A stretch of DNA of 64,000 nucleotides from Candidatus Udaeobacter sp. (GTDB lineage: Bacteria > Verrucomicrobiota > Verrucomicrobiia > Chthoniobacterales > UBA10450). Location: positions 4,050 to 68,049 of the forward strand of contig DATHHK010000059.1 in NCBI GenBank assembly GCA_035317225.1, in the 5' to 3' direction. The notes under the pieces were generated by a model. It saw only the letters and a program-made list of their open reading frames with translations. It was not told the origin of the DNA and searched no databases. A program made the position numbers and the translations under genes. Shown one piece after another: positions 9,994-19,247 of this stretch (the stretch's first letter is position 1; every line of letters begins with the position of its first letter).

Positions 9994-11358
9994 ATGAGCG
10001 ATTACCCCACACCGTGGCAGCGCAAGATGATGTGGGCGGCGCTCACGGCCTTCTGTGTGGTTCTTCTCATCCTGATCATCGGCACGGTGATTTGGGCCAG
10101 CGCCAATATCATTAGTTTCCTCCAACCGATCCTGATCCCGGTGGCCATCGCAGGGATTCTGACTTATCTGCTGGACCCGCTGGTGGCGAAAATGTCTCGA
10201 GGAACCCTCAGTCGTACCAAGGCGGTCGCTTTGATTTTTGCCATCGCCTTTTTCGCCCTCGGTGGATTGGCCGCGTGGCTAATTCCGACCATCTCGATAC
10301 AAAGCGCGAATTTCGCAAGGCAAGTCCCTGCTTATACCGAACGAGCTCGCGACTATGTTGTAGATCTAATCTATCGATTCGACCAGTCGTTCGGGTTTCT
10401 CGGCGGCGGCCGCGCAAAGTCTGCATCGACAAGTTTTACAAACTGGCTCATCGGAGCTGGGCCATCTGCTTCTCCTCGTGCGCAACCGACAGCTTCTCCC
10501 GCTTCAAAAGCTTTTGACACGCCGCCCGCTGCTGAAATTATCGCGCCGAGTCAGCCGAGACTGACCAGTGCCGAACGCCAGCGCATTCAGGCGTACGTGG
10601 AAAAACAAATGCCCAACTTGCAGCAGGCGCTCCCGACGCTGATGGAAAAGTTCTGGGACATTCTGACGAAAAGCATCGGCGGATTTCTTGGCGTCACAGG
10701 TTTCTTGCTCAGTCTGATCCTGGTACCTATTTATCTGTTCTTTCTACTGAATGAGAAACCGCGGATTGAGCGGCACTGGAAGGAATATTTGCCTCTGCCG
10801 GCATCGCCTTTTCGAGACGAAGTGGCGGAAGTATTATCGCAGATCAATTCGTACGTGACCGCCTATTTTCGCGGCCAACTGCTGGTGTGTCTGATCGATG
10901 GCATACTCATCGGCGCGATGCTGACACTTTTCGGCCTTAATTTTGCGCCGGTGATTGGGGCCATGGTAGTTGTACTTACCATGATCCCCTACATCGGGAT
11001 CATAATCTGCTGGGTACCAGCCGTTCTGGTTGCAGCTTTCCAATGGGGCGATTGGGCTCACCCGATCTGGGTGACAGTAATTTTCATCGTTATACAAAAC
11101 CTGGAAGGCATATTCTATGCTCCACGAATTGTCGGCAATTACGTCGGATTGCATCCGATGACAGTGATCGTATCGATCTTTGTCTGGGGTTTGATCATTG
11201 GCGGCGTAATCGGTCCCCTGCTTGCCGTACCGCTTACGGCCACCGTAAAGGTGCTGCTGGGACGATATGTTTGGGGACGGCGTTTGAGGGAAAAGATCGA
11301 GGACTCAGTTAAATCAATTCCTGTAGTTGAGGAACCGGAGGTAGCCACTCGCTCTTAG
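9994..11358 (+). CDS. AI-2E family transporter (PerM/UPF0118) with a long Ala/Pro/Ser-rich loop
   Basis: 454 aa, polytopic. The C-terminal core (..IPYIGIIICWVPAVLVA..LHPMTVIVSIF..) is typical of AI-2E family permeases. Confidence 0.8.
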   Translation: MSDYPTPWQRKMMWAALTAFCVVLLILIIGTVIWASANIISFLQPILIPVAIAGILTYLLDPLVAKMSRGTLSRTKAVALIFAIAFFALGGLAAWLIPTISIQSANFARQVPAYTERARDYVVDLIYRFDQSFGFLGGGRAKSASTSFTNWLIGAGPSASPRAQPTASPASKAFDTPPAAEIIAPSQPRLTSAERQRIQAYVEKQMPNLQQALPTLMEKFWDILTKSIGGFLGVTGFLLSLILVPIYLFFLLNEKPRIERHWKEYLPLPASPFRDEVAEVLSQINSYVTAYFRGQLLVCLIDGILIGAMLTLFGLNFAPVIGAMVVVLTMIPYIGIIICWVPAVLVAAFQWGDWAHPIWVTVIFIVIQNLEGIFYAPRIVGNYVGLHPMTVIVSIFVWGLIIGGVIGPLLAVPLTATVKVLLGRYVWGRRLREKIEDSVKSIPVVEEPEVATRS

Positions 11359-11378
11359 CCTCGCGAGTCGGGACGGAG

Positions 11379-13277
11379 GTGATGGAAAGGAACAAGCGGA
11401 TCGTTGCGCCCCCGAGAAACGACATGAAAATTGCGGAACGAACCGAAGAGGCTGGATATCGAAGAATTCGCCAAACGCTCTTTGGTGTGGAGTCTTTCAT
11501 TCATCGACAGGTTTGGCCAGCTCGCCTTGCCCTTGTAGCCGCCGGGTTGGCAGTTGCCATACTGCTCGGGGCATTTTTTTTCAGATATGGCTCAAAACTA
11601 TATACGGACTGGCGCCAAACCCGCTTGTTACAACAAGCCGGTTTCATGCTGCAGCAGGGAAGATTTACTGAAGCAACGCGAACCGCGCGAGAATTCCTGA
11701 CGCAACATCCCGATTCTCTCCCGGCCCTCTTTGTGCTGGCCGAAGCAGCAGAGAAAGAAAATCTCGAAGAGGCGATTTCGTGGCGTGGGCAAATCGCGCG
11801 CTTGCGCCCAAAAGATCCGGATAGTCAGCTCAATCTTGTTTCCGCTGCGCTACGCTTTGGAAAGCTCGATCTCGCGCGAAAAGCGTTGGACCAAATTCCT
11901 GCCAATGATCGTGACAGGCCCGCCTTTCACGTCGTTGCTGGCTGGCTGGCTTCTGCGGAAGGGAATTTTGCCGAACAAGAAGACCAGTTCGCCGCTGCCG
12001 TAAAAAAAGAACCGAAGAACGACCTGTACCAGTTCAATCTCGCGGCGCTGCAAATCCATTCCAGCGACGCCCAAAAGAAGGCAAACGCACGCGAAAATCT
12101 CGAGCGGCTCAGCAAACTCGTCCCGTATCGCACCGGCGCGTTGCGCGCGTTGCTAAATGATGCTGTGGAACGTAATGACCTCTCCGCGGCGGATAACTAC
12201 GCTCAACAGCTCCAGATGTCGCAGGAGGTCACCTTCAGCGACTACCTTCTCTGTCTGAACTTCTATCAGAAGCTCGATGAGAAAAAATTCCGCATATTAC
12301 TGGAACGCGTAAAACCTTTTGCGGCAAAGAATCCGTCCGATCTCGCCTCGCTAATGGAATGGATGAGTAAAAATGGACTCACCGCAGAAGTTGTTAAGTG
12401 GATCGAGAAGCTCCCGGCAAAGAAACTGACGTCGCCGCCAACTGCCGTTGCTGTGGCAAACGCGTACGCAAACGCGAAGAATTGGAAGCAATTGAAACGA
12501 TGGACTCGCAAGGGAATGTGGGGCGAATCCGATTACCTGCGTCTTGCCTATCAGGCTTTCGCCACGCGCCAATCACGAGAAAACCCCCCGGACGAATTCG
12601 ACAAGCTTTGGCGCGATGCGGAGCAATCGGCAAACGGCCAGCCCGAGCGCGAACTTGTCCTCGCGCGTCTGGCCTCGAAATGGAGTCTGGAGAAAGAATC
12701 CGAACAATTGTGGCTGCGCGTTGCAGAAGATCCGCCCCTGCGACGCGAGGCGCTCGACGGGCTTCGCATCCTTTATCGCACAGACAATGACACCGGGAAA
12801 CTTTATGATGTCCTCCGGCGTCTGCACGAAAGCTCTCCCAGCGAAGCGCCGATTACAGCGGATCTCGCGCGACTGGGCCTCAATCTCGAGAGAAATGTCG
12901 ACCGCTCACATGATCTTGCTAAGGAGGCGCATGATCGCGCCCCGAACGAAATTAATTGCGCGGTAACCTACGCGTTCTCTCTTTATCGCATTGGGCGGAG
13001 CGCCGAGGCTCTCGCAATTATTCAAGCATTGCCAGGCGAACAATTACACAATCCGCACGCAGCGGTTTACACGGCCTTACTGCTGGCCGATGCCGGCCAA
13101 ATCGACGCAGCAAAGGATTATGTAGCCGCCGCGGATGACGGAATTTATCCCGAGGAAAGAAAAGTGCTCGATGAAGCAAGAACGAAAATCTCGAGCACAT
13201 CGGTGGCTCGGTCGCCAGCAGTTTCACGGGTTCCAGCCCCGCCGAATCCAACGCCAGCGTCAACGCCGTCGCCGTAG
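11379..13277 (+). CDS. membrane-anchored helical-repeat (TPR-like) protein, function unknown
   Basis: 632 aa with an N-terminal TM (LALVAAGLAVAILLGAFFF), a helical-repeat body and a Pro/Ser-rich tail. It sits 20 nt after the AI-2E gene. Confidence 0.6.
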   Translation: MMERNKRIVAPPRNDMKIAERTEEAGYRRIRQTLFGVESFIHRQVWPARLALVAAGLAVAILLGAFFFRYGSKLYTDWRQTRLLQQAGFMLQQGRFTEATRTAREFLTQHPDSLPALFVLAEAAEKENLEEAISWRGQIARLRPKDPDSQLNLVSAALRFGKLDLARKALDQIPANDRDRPAFHVVAGWLASAEGNFAEQEDQFAAAVKKEPKNDLYQFNLAALQIHSSDAQKKANARENLERLSKLVPYRTGALRALLNDAVERNDLSAADNYAQQLQMSQEVTFSDYLLCLNFYQKLDEKKFRILLERVKPFAAKNPSDLASLMEWMSKNGLTAEVVKWIEKLPAKKLTSPPTAVAVANAYANAKNWKQLKRWTRKGMWGESDYLRLAYQAFATRQSRENPPDEFDKLWRDAEQSANGQPERELVLARLASKWSLEKESEQLWLRVAEDPPLRREALDGLRILYRTDNDTGKLYDVLRRLHESSPSEAPITADLARLGLNLERNVDRSHDLAKEAHDRAPNEINCAVTYAFSLYRIGRSAEALAIIQALPGEQLHNPHAAVYTALLLADAGQIDAAKDYVAAADDGIYPEERKVLDEARTKISSTSVARSPAVSRVPAPPNPTPASTPSP

Positions 13278-13561
13278 CAGCTTCGACGTGATCCCCGGGT
13301 TTCGCTGCTCTTGAGCAGCCCCGGCGAGAGGCAGAGACGCGGTTACAACTATTGCATCCTCCGCGCGCCCTCCTCTTTGGCGATCGCGCTTGTCCAATGC
13401 GCAATATCCCTGGCGTTCATGTTGACCCGCGTCTGCAATCTCGCATCGCGAAATCCCCCGCTATTGAACCTCGACGGGGATTCCCGTTTATAACGTATCT
13501 GGGCCGGCTCTTCGCAAACCCCGCAAACCTTACCGCGTTGTCGAGTTGTAAGGCGTCTGTG

Positions 13562-14101
13562 TCAGACGTTATCCAATTCTAGCGGTTTCTCGGCCACGAC
13601 GCGCCATGCTTCTACATCGGCGCGGCTTCGTGTCGGTGAAATGCATCGGACAGCTTTCAATGAATCAAATGTCACTTCAGAAAAGGGCACTTCAATCGAA
13701 TGCGTCAACAGGCGTCGATCCTGAGCCGACATTCGCTTGTACAGCAGGCTCAAGTGCGGACTGAGTTGGTAATCAGACGAATCTTGTGCTGCTGTCCGAA
13801 TGCTTTCATTAAGCTGCTGCAATTGTTTGCTCCGAGAGAAGTGTACAAAAAGCGTCTTAATAAACTCAGAGGAACTACCGACATTTAGGACTTGGAGAGC
13901 AATTCGTTTGCTACTTCGTCCGGCTTTTGAAAGCACTTCGTCAATTGTATCCGTGCAATCCACTCCGACGTGAACCGTCACATGCGGTTCAAATTCAAGG
14001 GCGGCGTATCGTTCCGCGAGATCGTTAACAATATTCTGGAAATACCCGCGTGCAGGCTCAGTTGGAATGAGCCAGTAAGCAATAACGATTTGGCGAGACA
14101 C
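13562..14101 (-). CDS. 2H phosphoesterase superfamily protein (cyclic phosphodiesterase / LigT-like)
   Basis: 179 aa carrying the two H-x-[TS]-x motifs that define the 2H fold: PHVTVH and PHLSLLY. Confidence 0.65.
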   Translation of the reverse strand: MSRQIVIAYWLIPTEPARGYFQNIVNDLAERYAALEFEPHVTVHVGVDCTDTIDEVLSKAGRSSKRIALQVLNVGSSSEFIKTLFVHFSRSKQLQQLNESIRTAAQDSSDYQLSPHLSLLYKRMSAQDRRLLTHSIEVPFSEVTFDSLKAVRCISPTRSRADVEAWRVVAEKPLELDNV

Positions 14102-14262
14102 AAGTTACTAACGATCTCTTTGTAGCGGGAGGCGTGTCGCCCTGCAAAGACTAATCCCCCGCTGCGATTGTATCGAAAATCACTCGCGATCCCTTGCGCA
14201 CCTGTCCGATTTGGCGTTGTCTTCCCGCCCCAATAAGGTTCTACTGAACAGGAACACCTTTT

Positions 14263-14625
14263 ATGCCGACAAATGTTCTGGGAACTGAGCTGAAATGTTG
14301 TTGTCGCGATCCGATCACCGGATTTTACCGGGACGGTTTTTGCCGCACCGGGCCTGAGGATATCGGGCTTCATACGGTCTGCGTGAAAGTGACACGGGAA
14401 TTTCTCGATTTTTCTGTGCTCGATGGAAATGACCTTGTCACGCCACATCCGGAATGGGGTTTCCCCGGACTGAAGCCAGGCGACAAATGGTGCGTCTGCG
14501 TGACACGCTGGAAAAGCGCGCTGGATCACAACCGCGCGGCTCCTGTTGATCTTGAAGCAACGCATGCTTCCGCGCTCGAGTTCGTCACGCTGGAAGAACT
14601 GAAAGCATACGCACTCTCTGAGTAA
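14263..14625 (+). CDS. DUF2237 family protein
   Basis: 120 aa, Cys-rich. The sequence (..CCCRDPITGFYRDGFCRTGPEDIGLHTVC..WCVCVTRW..) matches my memory of the DUF2237 family. Confidence 0.7.
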   Translation: MPTNVLGTELKCCCRDPITGFYRDGFCRTGPEDIGLHTVCVKVTREFLDFSVLDGNDLVTPHPEWGFPGLKPGDKWCVCVTRWKSALDHNRAAPVDLEATHASALEFVTLEELKAYALSE

Positions 14626-14672
14626 AGCGTGCGTTTGAATTCGACCAAGTTTGCCGCCACGCTAATCCCGAA

Positions 14673-15965
14673 TTGAAGCTTCCGTTTAGTCTTTTCCTGG
14701 CGCTGCGGTATTTGAAACCAAAGCGTACCTTTCTTTCGATCATCACGCTGATTTCAGTGCTCGGCGTAATGCTCGGCGTGACGGTCTTGATTCTCGTCAT
14801 TTCTGTTATGACCGGGTTCGATCGGGAACTGCGCCAGAAAGTGATCGATTTCGATGCGCACATTCTCGTGAGCACGGAAGACGTCTTGCGCGACTGGCGA
14901 GCACTCAAAACAAAAATCGATAACACGCCCGGCGTAGTCGCAACGGCTCCCTACATTCAGGGGCCGGTCATCGTGGAATTTCAAAACCGGCGGGTCGCCC
15001 CGCTGATTCGCGGAGTCGATCCGGTCGAGGAAGAGAAGGTCATCCCGCTGCGAAAATTCATCAAATACGGCAACCTCAACCTGGAAGGGGATTCCACCGT
15101 ACTCGGAATCGAGCTCGCGCGTAAATTGCAAGCGAACGTCGGTGATAAAATCACCGTCTATTCGCCGGGCAACCTTGGACAGATTCTCGACGGCATCAAG
15201 AAATTGGAGACCGCCAAGGGCGACGAGGAAAAAAAAGCGATCGACCAATTGCGCGAGGTGATCCTGCCGAAAGAACTGACTATTACCGGCATCTTTGAGA
15301 CTGGCCACTACCTGCACGATTCCGAGTATCTGCTCGTGCCGGTCTATGTAGGGCAGGAGTTATATGGGCTGCAAGACGGATTGCACGGCATCACCGTTCG
15401 GACTGACAACCCGTACAGCGCCGAGCGAGTCAAACAGGCGATCGATCAATTTCTCCAACCACCAGAATACGCACAGACCTGGATTGACATGAACCACCAA
15501 TTTTTCGAAGCCGTGCGACTAGAGCGCAGCGTAATGTTTTTCCTGTTGTTTTTTATCGTGGTTGTCGCGGCCTTTGGAATCATGAGCACGCTCATCACGG
15601 TAACAGTGCAAAAGCGACGCGAGATTGGAATTATGAAAGCCCTCGGAGCGAACATTGCGCAAGTCATCTGGGTTTTTCTCGGGCAGGGAACGATCGTCGG
15701 TCTCTTTGGAACTCTGACAGGATTAGGACTCGGGATGACGTTAATTCGTTACCGCAACGAGTTCAGCCAGTGGCTGGCTGCGACGTTGCACATCGAAGTC
15801 TTCCCGCGCGAAGTTTATCAGTTTTCGGCAATCCCGGCGGAGGTCATTCCAAGAGATGTCGCCATCATTTGTATCAGCGCATTTTTTATCTGCTCAATTG
15901 CCGCGCTGATTCCCGCATACTTTGCCGCACGGCTCGACCCGGTGAAAGCCTTGCGTTATGAATAG
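14673..15965 (+). CDS. LolC/LolE-type lipoprotein-releasing ABC permease (FtsX/MacB-like)
   Basis: TTG start. The N-terminus FSLFLALRYLKPKRTFLSIITLISVLGV, a large periplasmic loop and C-terminal FtsX-type TMs are present. No LolD ATPase gene is adjacent. Confidence 0.85.
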   Translation: MKLPFSLFLALRYLKPKRTFLSIITLISVLGVMLGVTVLILVISVMTGFDRELRQKVIDFDAHILVSTEDVLRDWRALKTKIDNTPGVVATAPYIQGPVIVEFQNRRVAPLIRGVDPVEEEKVIPLRKFIKYGNLNLEGDSTVLGIELARKLQANVGDKITVYSPGNLGQILDGIKKLETAKGDEEKKAIDQLREVILPKELTITGIFETGHYLHDSEYLLVPVYVGQELYGLQDGLHGITVRTDNPYSAERVKQAIDQFLQPPEYAQTWIDMNHQFFEAVRLERSVMFFLLFFIVVVAAFGIMSTLITVTVQKRREIGIMKALGANIAQVIWVFLGQGTIVGLFGTLTGLGLGMTLIRYRNEFSQWLAATLHIEVFPREVYQFSAIPAEVIPRDVAIICISAFFICSIAALIPAYFAARLDPVKALRYE

Positions 15966-16450
15966 CTTCTTCTTTTACTTCCGCCCGTGCTCGCAATCGA
16001 GTTCACAAAGGCCTCAAATATGGACATGGTGTAGTCATATCCTTTCGCCCATTCACTTTGACGCGGGCCGGCTACGTTAAGGACATCGATCTTGTTCGTG
16101 CGGACAAAATCGGCGATCAACTGCGCAGCCTTTTCAGTGGAAACGTTGGAAGAGTCAATCAGTTCGTGCGGCCGTTGTTGCTCAACGCAGAAGTGAACCG
16201 TTTGCTCGGTTCCGCCGCTCAGTTTGCCAGGGTAAATGATAACGGTTCCATCGGAATCTTTAACGTTCTGCAGCGTTCTCTCAATGAAACCGCCGCTTTC
16301 CAACTCCTTAACTGGATAGCGATCTGGAATCCTGCCGAATTCATCGAGACGCCCAGTTGGACACCAACCGCCAGCGTCGATTCCGTGCTTCAGCGCAACA
16401 TCAAGCGCTGCACGATCCACGCCCGTTTGTCCGCCCGAGATGATTTTCAC
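15956..16450 (-). CDS. SLOG-superfamily protein of the YpsA / 'putative molybdenum carrier' type
   Basis: 164 aa. The sequence MKIISGGQTGVDRAALDVALKHGIDAGGWCPTGR..DSDGTVII..LSGGTEQT matches this family as I remember it. Its 3' end overlaps the lolC/E 3' end by 10 nt (convergent). Confidence 0.65.
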   Translation of the reverse strand: MKIISGGQTGVDRAALDVALKHGIDAGGWCPTGRLDEFGRIPDRYPVKELESGGFIERTLQNVKDSDGTVIIYPGKLSGGTEQTVHFCVEQQRPHELIDSSNVSTEKAAQLIADFVRTNKIDVLNVAGPRQSEWAKGYDYTMSIFEAFVNSIASTGGSKRRSYS

Positions 16451-16465
16451 CTTCCTTCGGCGCGC

Positions 16466-16852
16466 TTAGTCCCCCGTAGGAACGATATCCGCGCGCTCGA
16501 CCATTAAGATCACAGTTCGTTCAGGCGCGCGCGTGCGATGACGGACACCCCTGAGCACAACGAATCCTTGCCTGGGTGCAAGATCGACAACTCGGTCCTC
16601 AAGATCGATCAGGAAATGTCCATCAAGAACGAAAAAGAATTCGTCAATGTCCTTGTGTTCGTGCCAATGATATTCGCCCTGAATCACCGCCATCCTGACG
16701 ACAGACTCGTTCACTTTGCATAGCGTCTGGTTGTACCATTTGTCCGTGCACGCATCTGCCAGTTTCTGCACATCGATTAGTTCAAGCGGCCCGTGCAAAA
16801 CGTTGAGGTAAGTCTTATACGGAAAATCTTTCGGCAATTTATTGGACTCCAT
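16466..16852 (-). CDS. cupin domain protein
   Basis: 128 aa with a cupin core: ..GEYHWHEHKDIDEFFFVLDGHFLIDL..GFVVLRGVRHRT. Confidence 0.7.
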   Translation of the reverse strand: MESNKLPKDFPYKTYLNVLHGPLELIDVQKLADACTDKWYNQTLCKVNESVVRMAVIQGEYHWHEHKDIDEFFFVLDGHFLIDLEDRVVDLAPRQGFVVLRGVRHRTRAPERTVILMVERADIVPTGD

Positions 16853-16918
16853 GATATGACCTTAAACGCCGAGACCAGACAGCGCACGCGGTGAAGCAGG
16901 CAGCCCTACCTGCGAGCT

Positions 16919-16945
16919 CTAAAACGCAGACATCATTGTCTGCGT
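16919..16945 (-). terminator. candidate intrinsic terminator after the middle cupin gene
   Basis: On the minus strand: ACGCAGACA-auga-UGUCUGCGU, a perfect 9-bp stem, followed by UUUAG. It starts 8 nt after the stop at 16953. Confidence 0.5.
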
Positions 16946-16952
16946 CACAACA

Positions 16953-17441
16953 TCATTCTTCGCCGTCGAAATAGCCGGTTTCTTCGCCCTTGATGACGAT
17001 CCGATCCTTGGCTGATGACTTGTTCACCTTCCACTTCCCACTATCTGGGTAGTAAGTCGACTCGCCGATTGGGTTGTCTGCGATCACGTAATAAATGAAG
17101 TCTTCCTGACCGGGGTTGCTAAGTTGATGCGGTTCGTCTGGTCCGAAAATGAACGCGTCTCCGGGCACGACGTCAGTCGCGCCATCCTTGTGACGAACGC
17201 TTCCTTTTCCAGAGACGACTAGATAGAACTCCCATTGGGCCGAATGCGCATGATAGGGAAAAGCTTGTTTCCCAGGAGGGACTCGATTCCATTCCAAATC
17301 AAATGGATGACGCTTAGACAAATCAAGCGAGCTCGGCTCGCGACCGAGCGCTTCCGAAATTCCTTTGAATGACACGGCGTATTTGCCGCCGGGTGACTGC
17401 CACGGTTCTTCCTTGATCTCGTTTAGATTTATTTTGCGCAT
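16953..17441 (-). CDS. cupin domain protein (paralog A)
   Basis: 162 aa. Motifs include ..LDLSKRHPFDLEWNRVPPGKQAFPYHAHSAQWEFYLVVSGKGSV..YYVIADNP..YYPDSGKW..YFDGEE. Confidence 0.75.
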   Translation of the reverse strand: MRKINLNEIKEEPWQSPGGKYAVSFKGISEALGREPSSLDLSKRHPFDLEWNRVPPGKQAFPYHAHSAQWEFYLVVSGKGSVRHKDGATDVVPGDAFIFGPDEPHQLSNPGQEDFIYYVIADNPIGESTYYPDSGKWKVNKSSAKDRIVIKGEETGYFDGEE

Positions 17442-17456
17442 ACAGAGAAACTGTAG

Positions 17457-17475
17457 CGGCGGTCTGTGACCGCCG
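17457..17475 (-). terminator. 8-bp GC hairpin between the two cupin paralogs
   Basis: CGGCGGTC-tgt-GACCGCCG. On the minus strand it is followed by CUACAGUUUCUCUGU. It could be a weak terminator or attenuator. Confidence 0.3.
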
Positions 17476-17508
17476 ACCTATGTGACACAGACGCCCTAAA
17501 GAATCGGT

Positions 17509-18009
17509 TCATTCCTCGCCATCGAAATAATCAGTCTCCGTTCCTTTGACGACGACTTCTTCCCGAGCCTCTGTTGTGACCGCCCATTTTCCGCTGTCGG
17601 GGTAATAACAGGAGTCACCCGTTGCGCCGCCGCTGCGCGGATTATCGGCGATCACGTAATAAACAAAGTCCTCATCGCCCGCATTCCCAAGCTGATGTGC
17701 CTCGCCAGGCTGAAAGAAAAAAGCGTCGCCCGGTCCAACCTCGGTGGTCCCATCCTTATCGCGGACGCTACCACGGCCGGAACCAACGAGATAAAGCTCT
17801 GATTCAGCCGCATGCGCGTGATACGGGCAAAGCGTTTTACCTTTGGGAATTCGCACTAAGGTCAGATCAAAGGGATGCCGTTTGGACAGGTCGAGCGACT
17901 CCGGCTCGCGGCCAAGCGCGATGGAAATATTCTTCATGTACCTATGAAACTTACCTTTCGGCGATTGCTTCTCCTTCTGAGCGACATCGTTCAAATTCAC
18001 CTTGTGCAT
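17509..18009 (-). CDS. cupin domain protein (paralog B, tandem duplicate of 16953-17441)
   Basis: Collinear similarity to paralog A: ..LDLSKRHPFDLTLVRIPKGKTLCPYHAHAAESELYLVGSGRGSV..YYVIADNP..YYPDSGKW..YFDGEE. I prefer ATG 18009 (MHKVNLND). The ORF-track start at 18036 would overlap the upstream gene. Confidence 0.75.
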   Translation of the reverse strand: MHKVNLNDVAQKEKQSPKGKFHRYMKNISIALGREPESLDLSKRHPFDLTLVRIPKGKTLCPYHAHAAESELYLVGSGRGSVRDKDGTTEVGPGDAFFFQPGEAHQLGNAGDEDFVYYVIADNPRSGGATGDSCYYPDSGKWAVTTEAREEVVVKGTETDYFDGEE

Positions 18010-18019
18010 ATGGATCAGG

Positions 18020-18292
18020 TCAATCTTTTGCAACAACGTCCCGAGCAGCGAATCGACGTCGCGTTGTGATCGAAAAAATAGCTATCCCGGCCCAAATCAA
18101 GTTCACAAACGAAGAAGGATAAGCTCGATAAAAGATCGTGTTTACGACCAGGAGAAGGCTGCCAACGATGTTGAGGAGCTGATAAGGCGCGGAGTCCGCC
18201 TCCAATTTCCTGGAGGAAACCATTGTATAAGCGAAAAGGAGAGCTGCGGCTCCCAGCCATCCAACCGCATCAAGCCATATCTGATTGTTCAT
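18020..18292 (-). CDS. small 3-TM membrane protein (CBU_0592-like)
   Basis: 90 aa. The sequence MNNQIWLDAVGWLGAAALLFAYTMVSSRKL..YQLLNIVGSLLLVVN.. resembles the small CBU_0592-type family. The assignment is from memory only. Confidence 0.5.
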   Translation of the reverse strand: MNNQIWLDAVGWLGAAALLFAYTMVSSRKLEADSAPYQLLNIVGSLLLVVNTIFYRAYPSSFVNLIWAGIAIFSITTRRRFAARDVVAKD

Positions 18293-18321
18293 GCTCTATT
18301 ATCTTTGCGTTGAAGACCGCA

Positions 18322-19239
18322 TCACACGTTCAGTTTCTTCGGCAGCTTTTGTTTGAGTTTTTCCACCGGGTCGAAGAGGTCACCGAGTTTCTTGACGCGG
18401 GCGAGGACTTGGTCGGAGCGGAACTTCAGGAGCTCGGGCTTTTTCTTTTTCAGACAGGTTTCAACTTCAGTCCATCTAACGGGAGTTGAAACAGTTGGTT
18501 CTTCCCTGGCGCGTAGTGAATAAACGCAGATCGTCGTCTTGTGTTCGTCGTTCTGACTCCAATCGACGAACACCTTTCTCTTGCGCACTGACTTGGACAT
18601 GTTCGAGGTGACCAAATCCCCATGCTCGCGCTCAAGATATTGGGCGAGAGACCGCGACAAATCCTTGGTTTGGTCGTAAGTCACCGACGTATTCAGTGGC
18701 ACGTAAATCTGCAGTCCTTTCGATCCACTCGTTTTGGCAAACGATTTCAGTTTCATTTTGCCTAACAAATCGCGAAGCCACAGCCCGACCTGGCAGCATT
18801 GGACGATGTCGGCTGGCGCACCGGGATCGAGGTCGAACACCATCATGGTCGGACGTGCGATGTTGTTCTTGCGGGACAGCGACGTATGCAGCTCAAGGTC
18901 CGCAAGGTTTGCAGCCCATACGAGTGTCGGCAGATCGTTAGCGAGGCAATAATGCATTATTCGCTGGTTGCCTTCGCTCCACACCTTCGCCGTCTGCACC
19001 CACTTGGGCCGATGCGACGGACAGTTCTTTTCGTAAAAAAATTCGCCCTCCACGCCGTTGGGGTAGCGCTTCATGGTGAGCGGACGATCTCTAAGGTGCG
19101 GCAGGAGAACTGGCGCAATGCGGATGAAGTAATCGATCACCTGCCCTTTCGTGAATCCAGCCTTCGGATACAGCACCTTGTCGAGATTCGATACCTGAAT
19201 CTTACGATCTTCTACGACTAGTTCGGCTTTTTGGGGCAT
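18322..19239 (-). CDS. stand-alone LigD-type polymerase/primase domain (NHEJ PolDom)
   Basis: 305 aa with motifs LDKVLYP, TMKRYPNG, MVFDLDPG, KTSGSKGLQIYVPL and VFVDWSQN, characteristic of LigD PolDom (archaeo-eukaryotic primase fold). Confidence 0.85.
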   Translation of the reverse strand: MPQKAELVVEDRKIQVSNLDKVLYPKAGFTKGQVIDYFIRIAPVLLPHLRDRPLTMKRYPNGVEGEFFYEKNCPSHRPKWVQTAKVWSEGNQRIMHYCLANDLPTLVWAANLADLELHTSLSRKNNIARPTMMVFDLDPGAPADIVQCCQVGLWLRDLLGKMKLKSFAKTSGSKGLQIYVPLNTSVTYDQTKDLSRSLAQYLEREHGDLVTSNMSKSVRKRKVFVDWSQNDEHKTTICVYSLRAREEPTVSTPVRWTEVETCLKKKKPELLKFRSDQVLARVKKLGDLFDPVEKLKQKLPKKLNV

Positions 19240-19247
19240 TACGTTAA

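Noticed and set aside
13978-14565. 195-aa minus-strand ORF
   Set aside because: It overlaps both the 2H phosphoesterase 5' end and, in antisense, the DUF2237 gene, which has a convincing family match.
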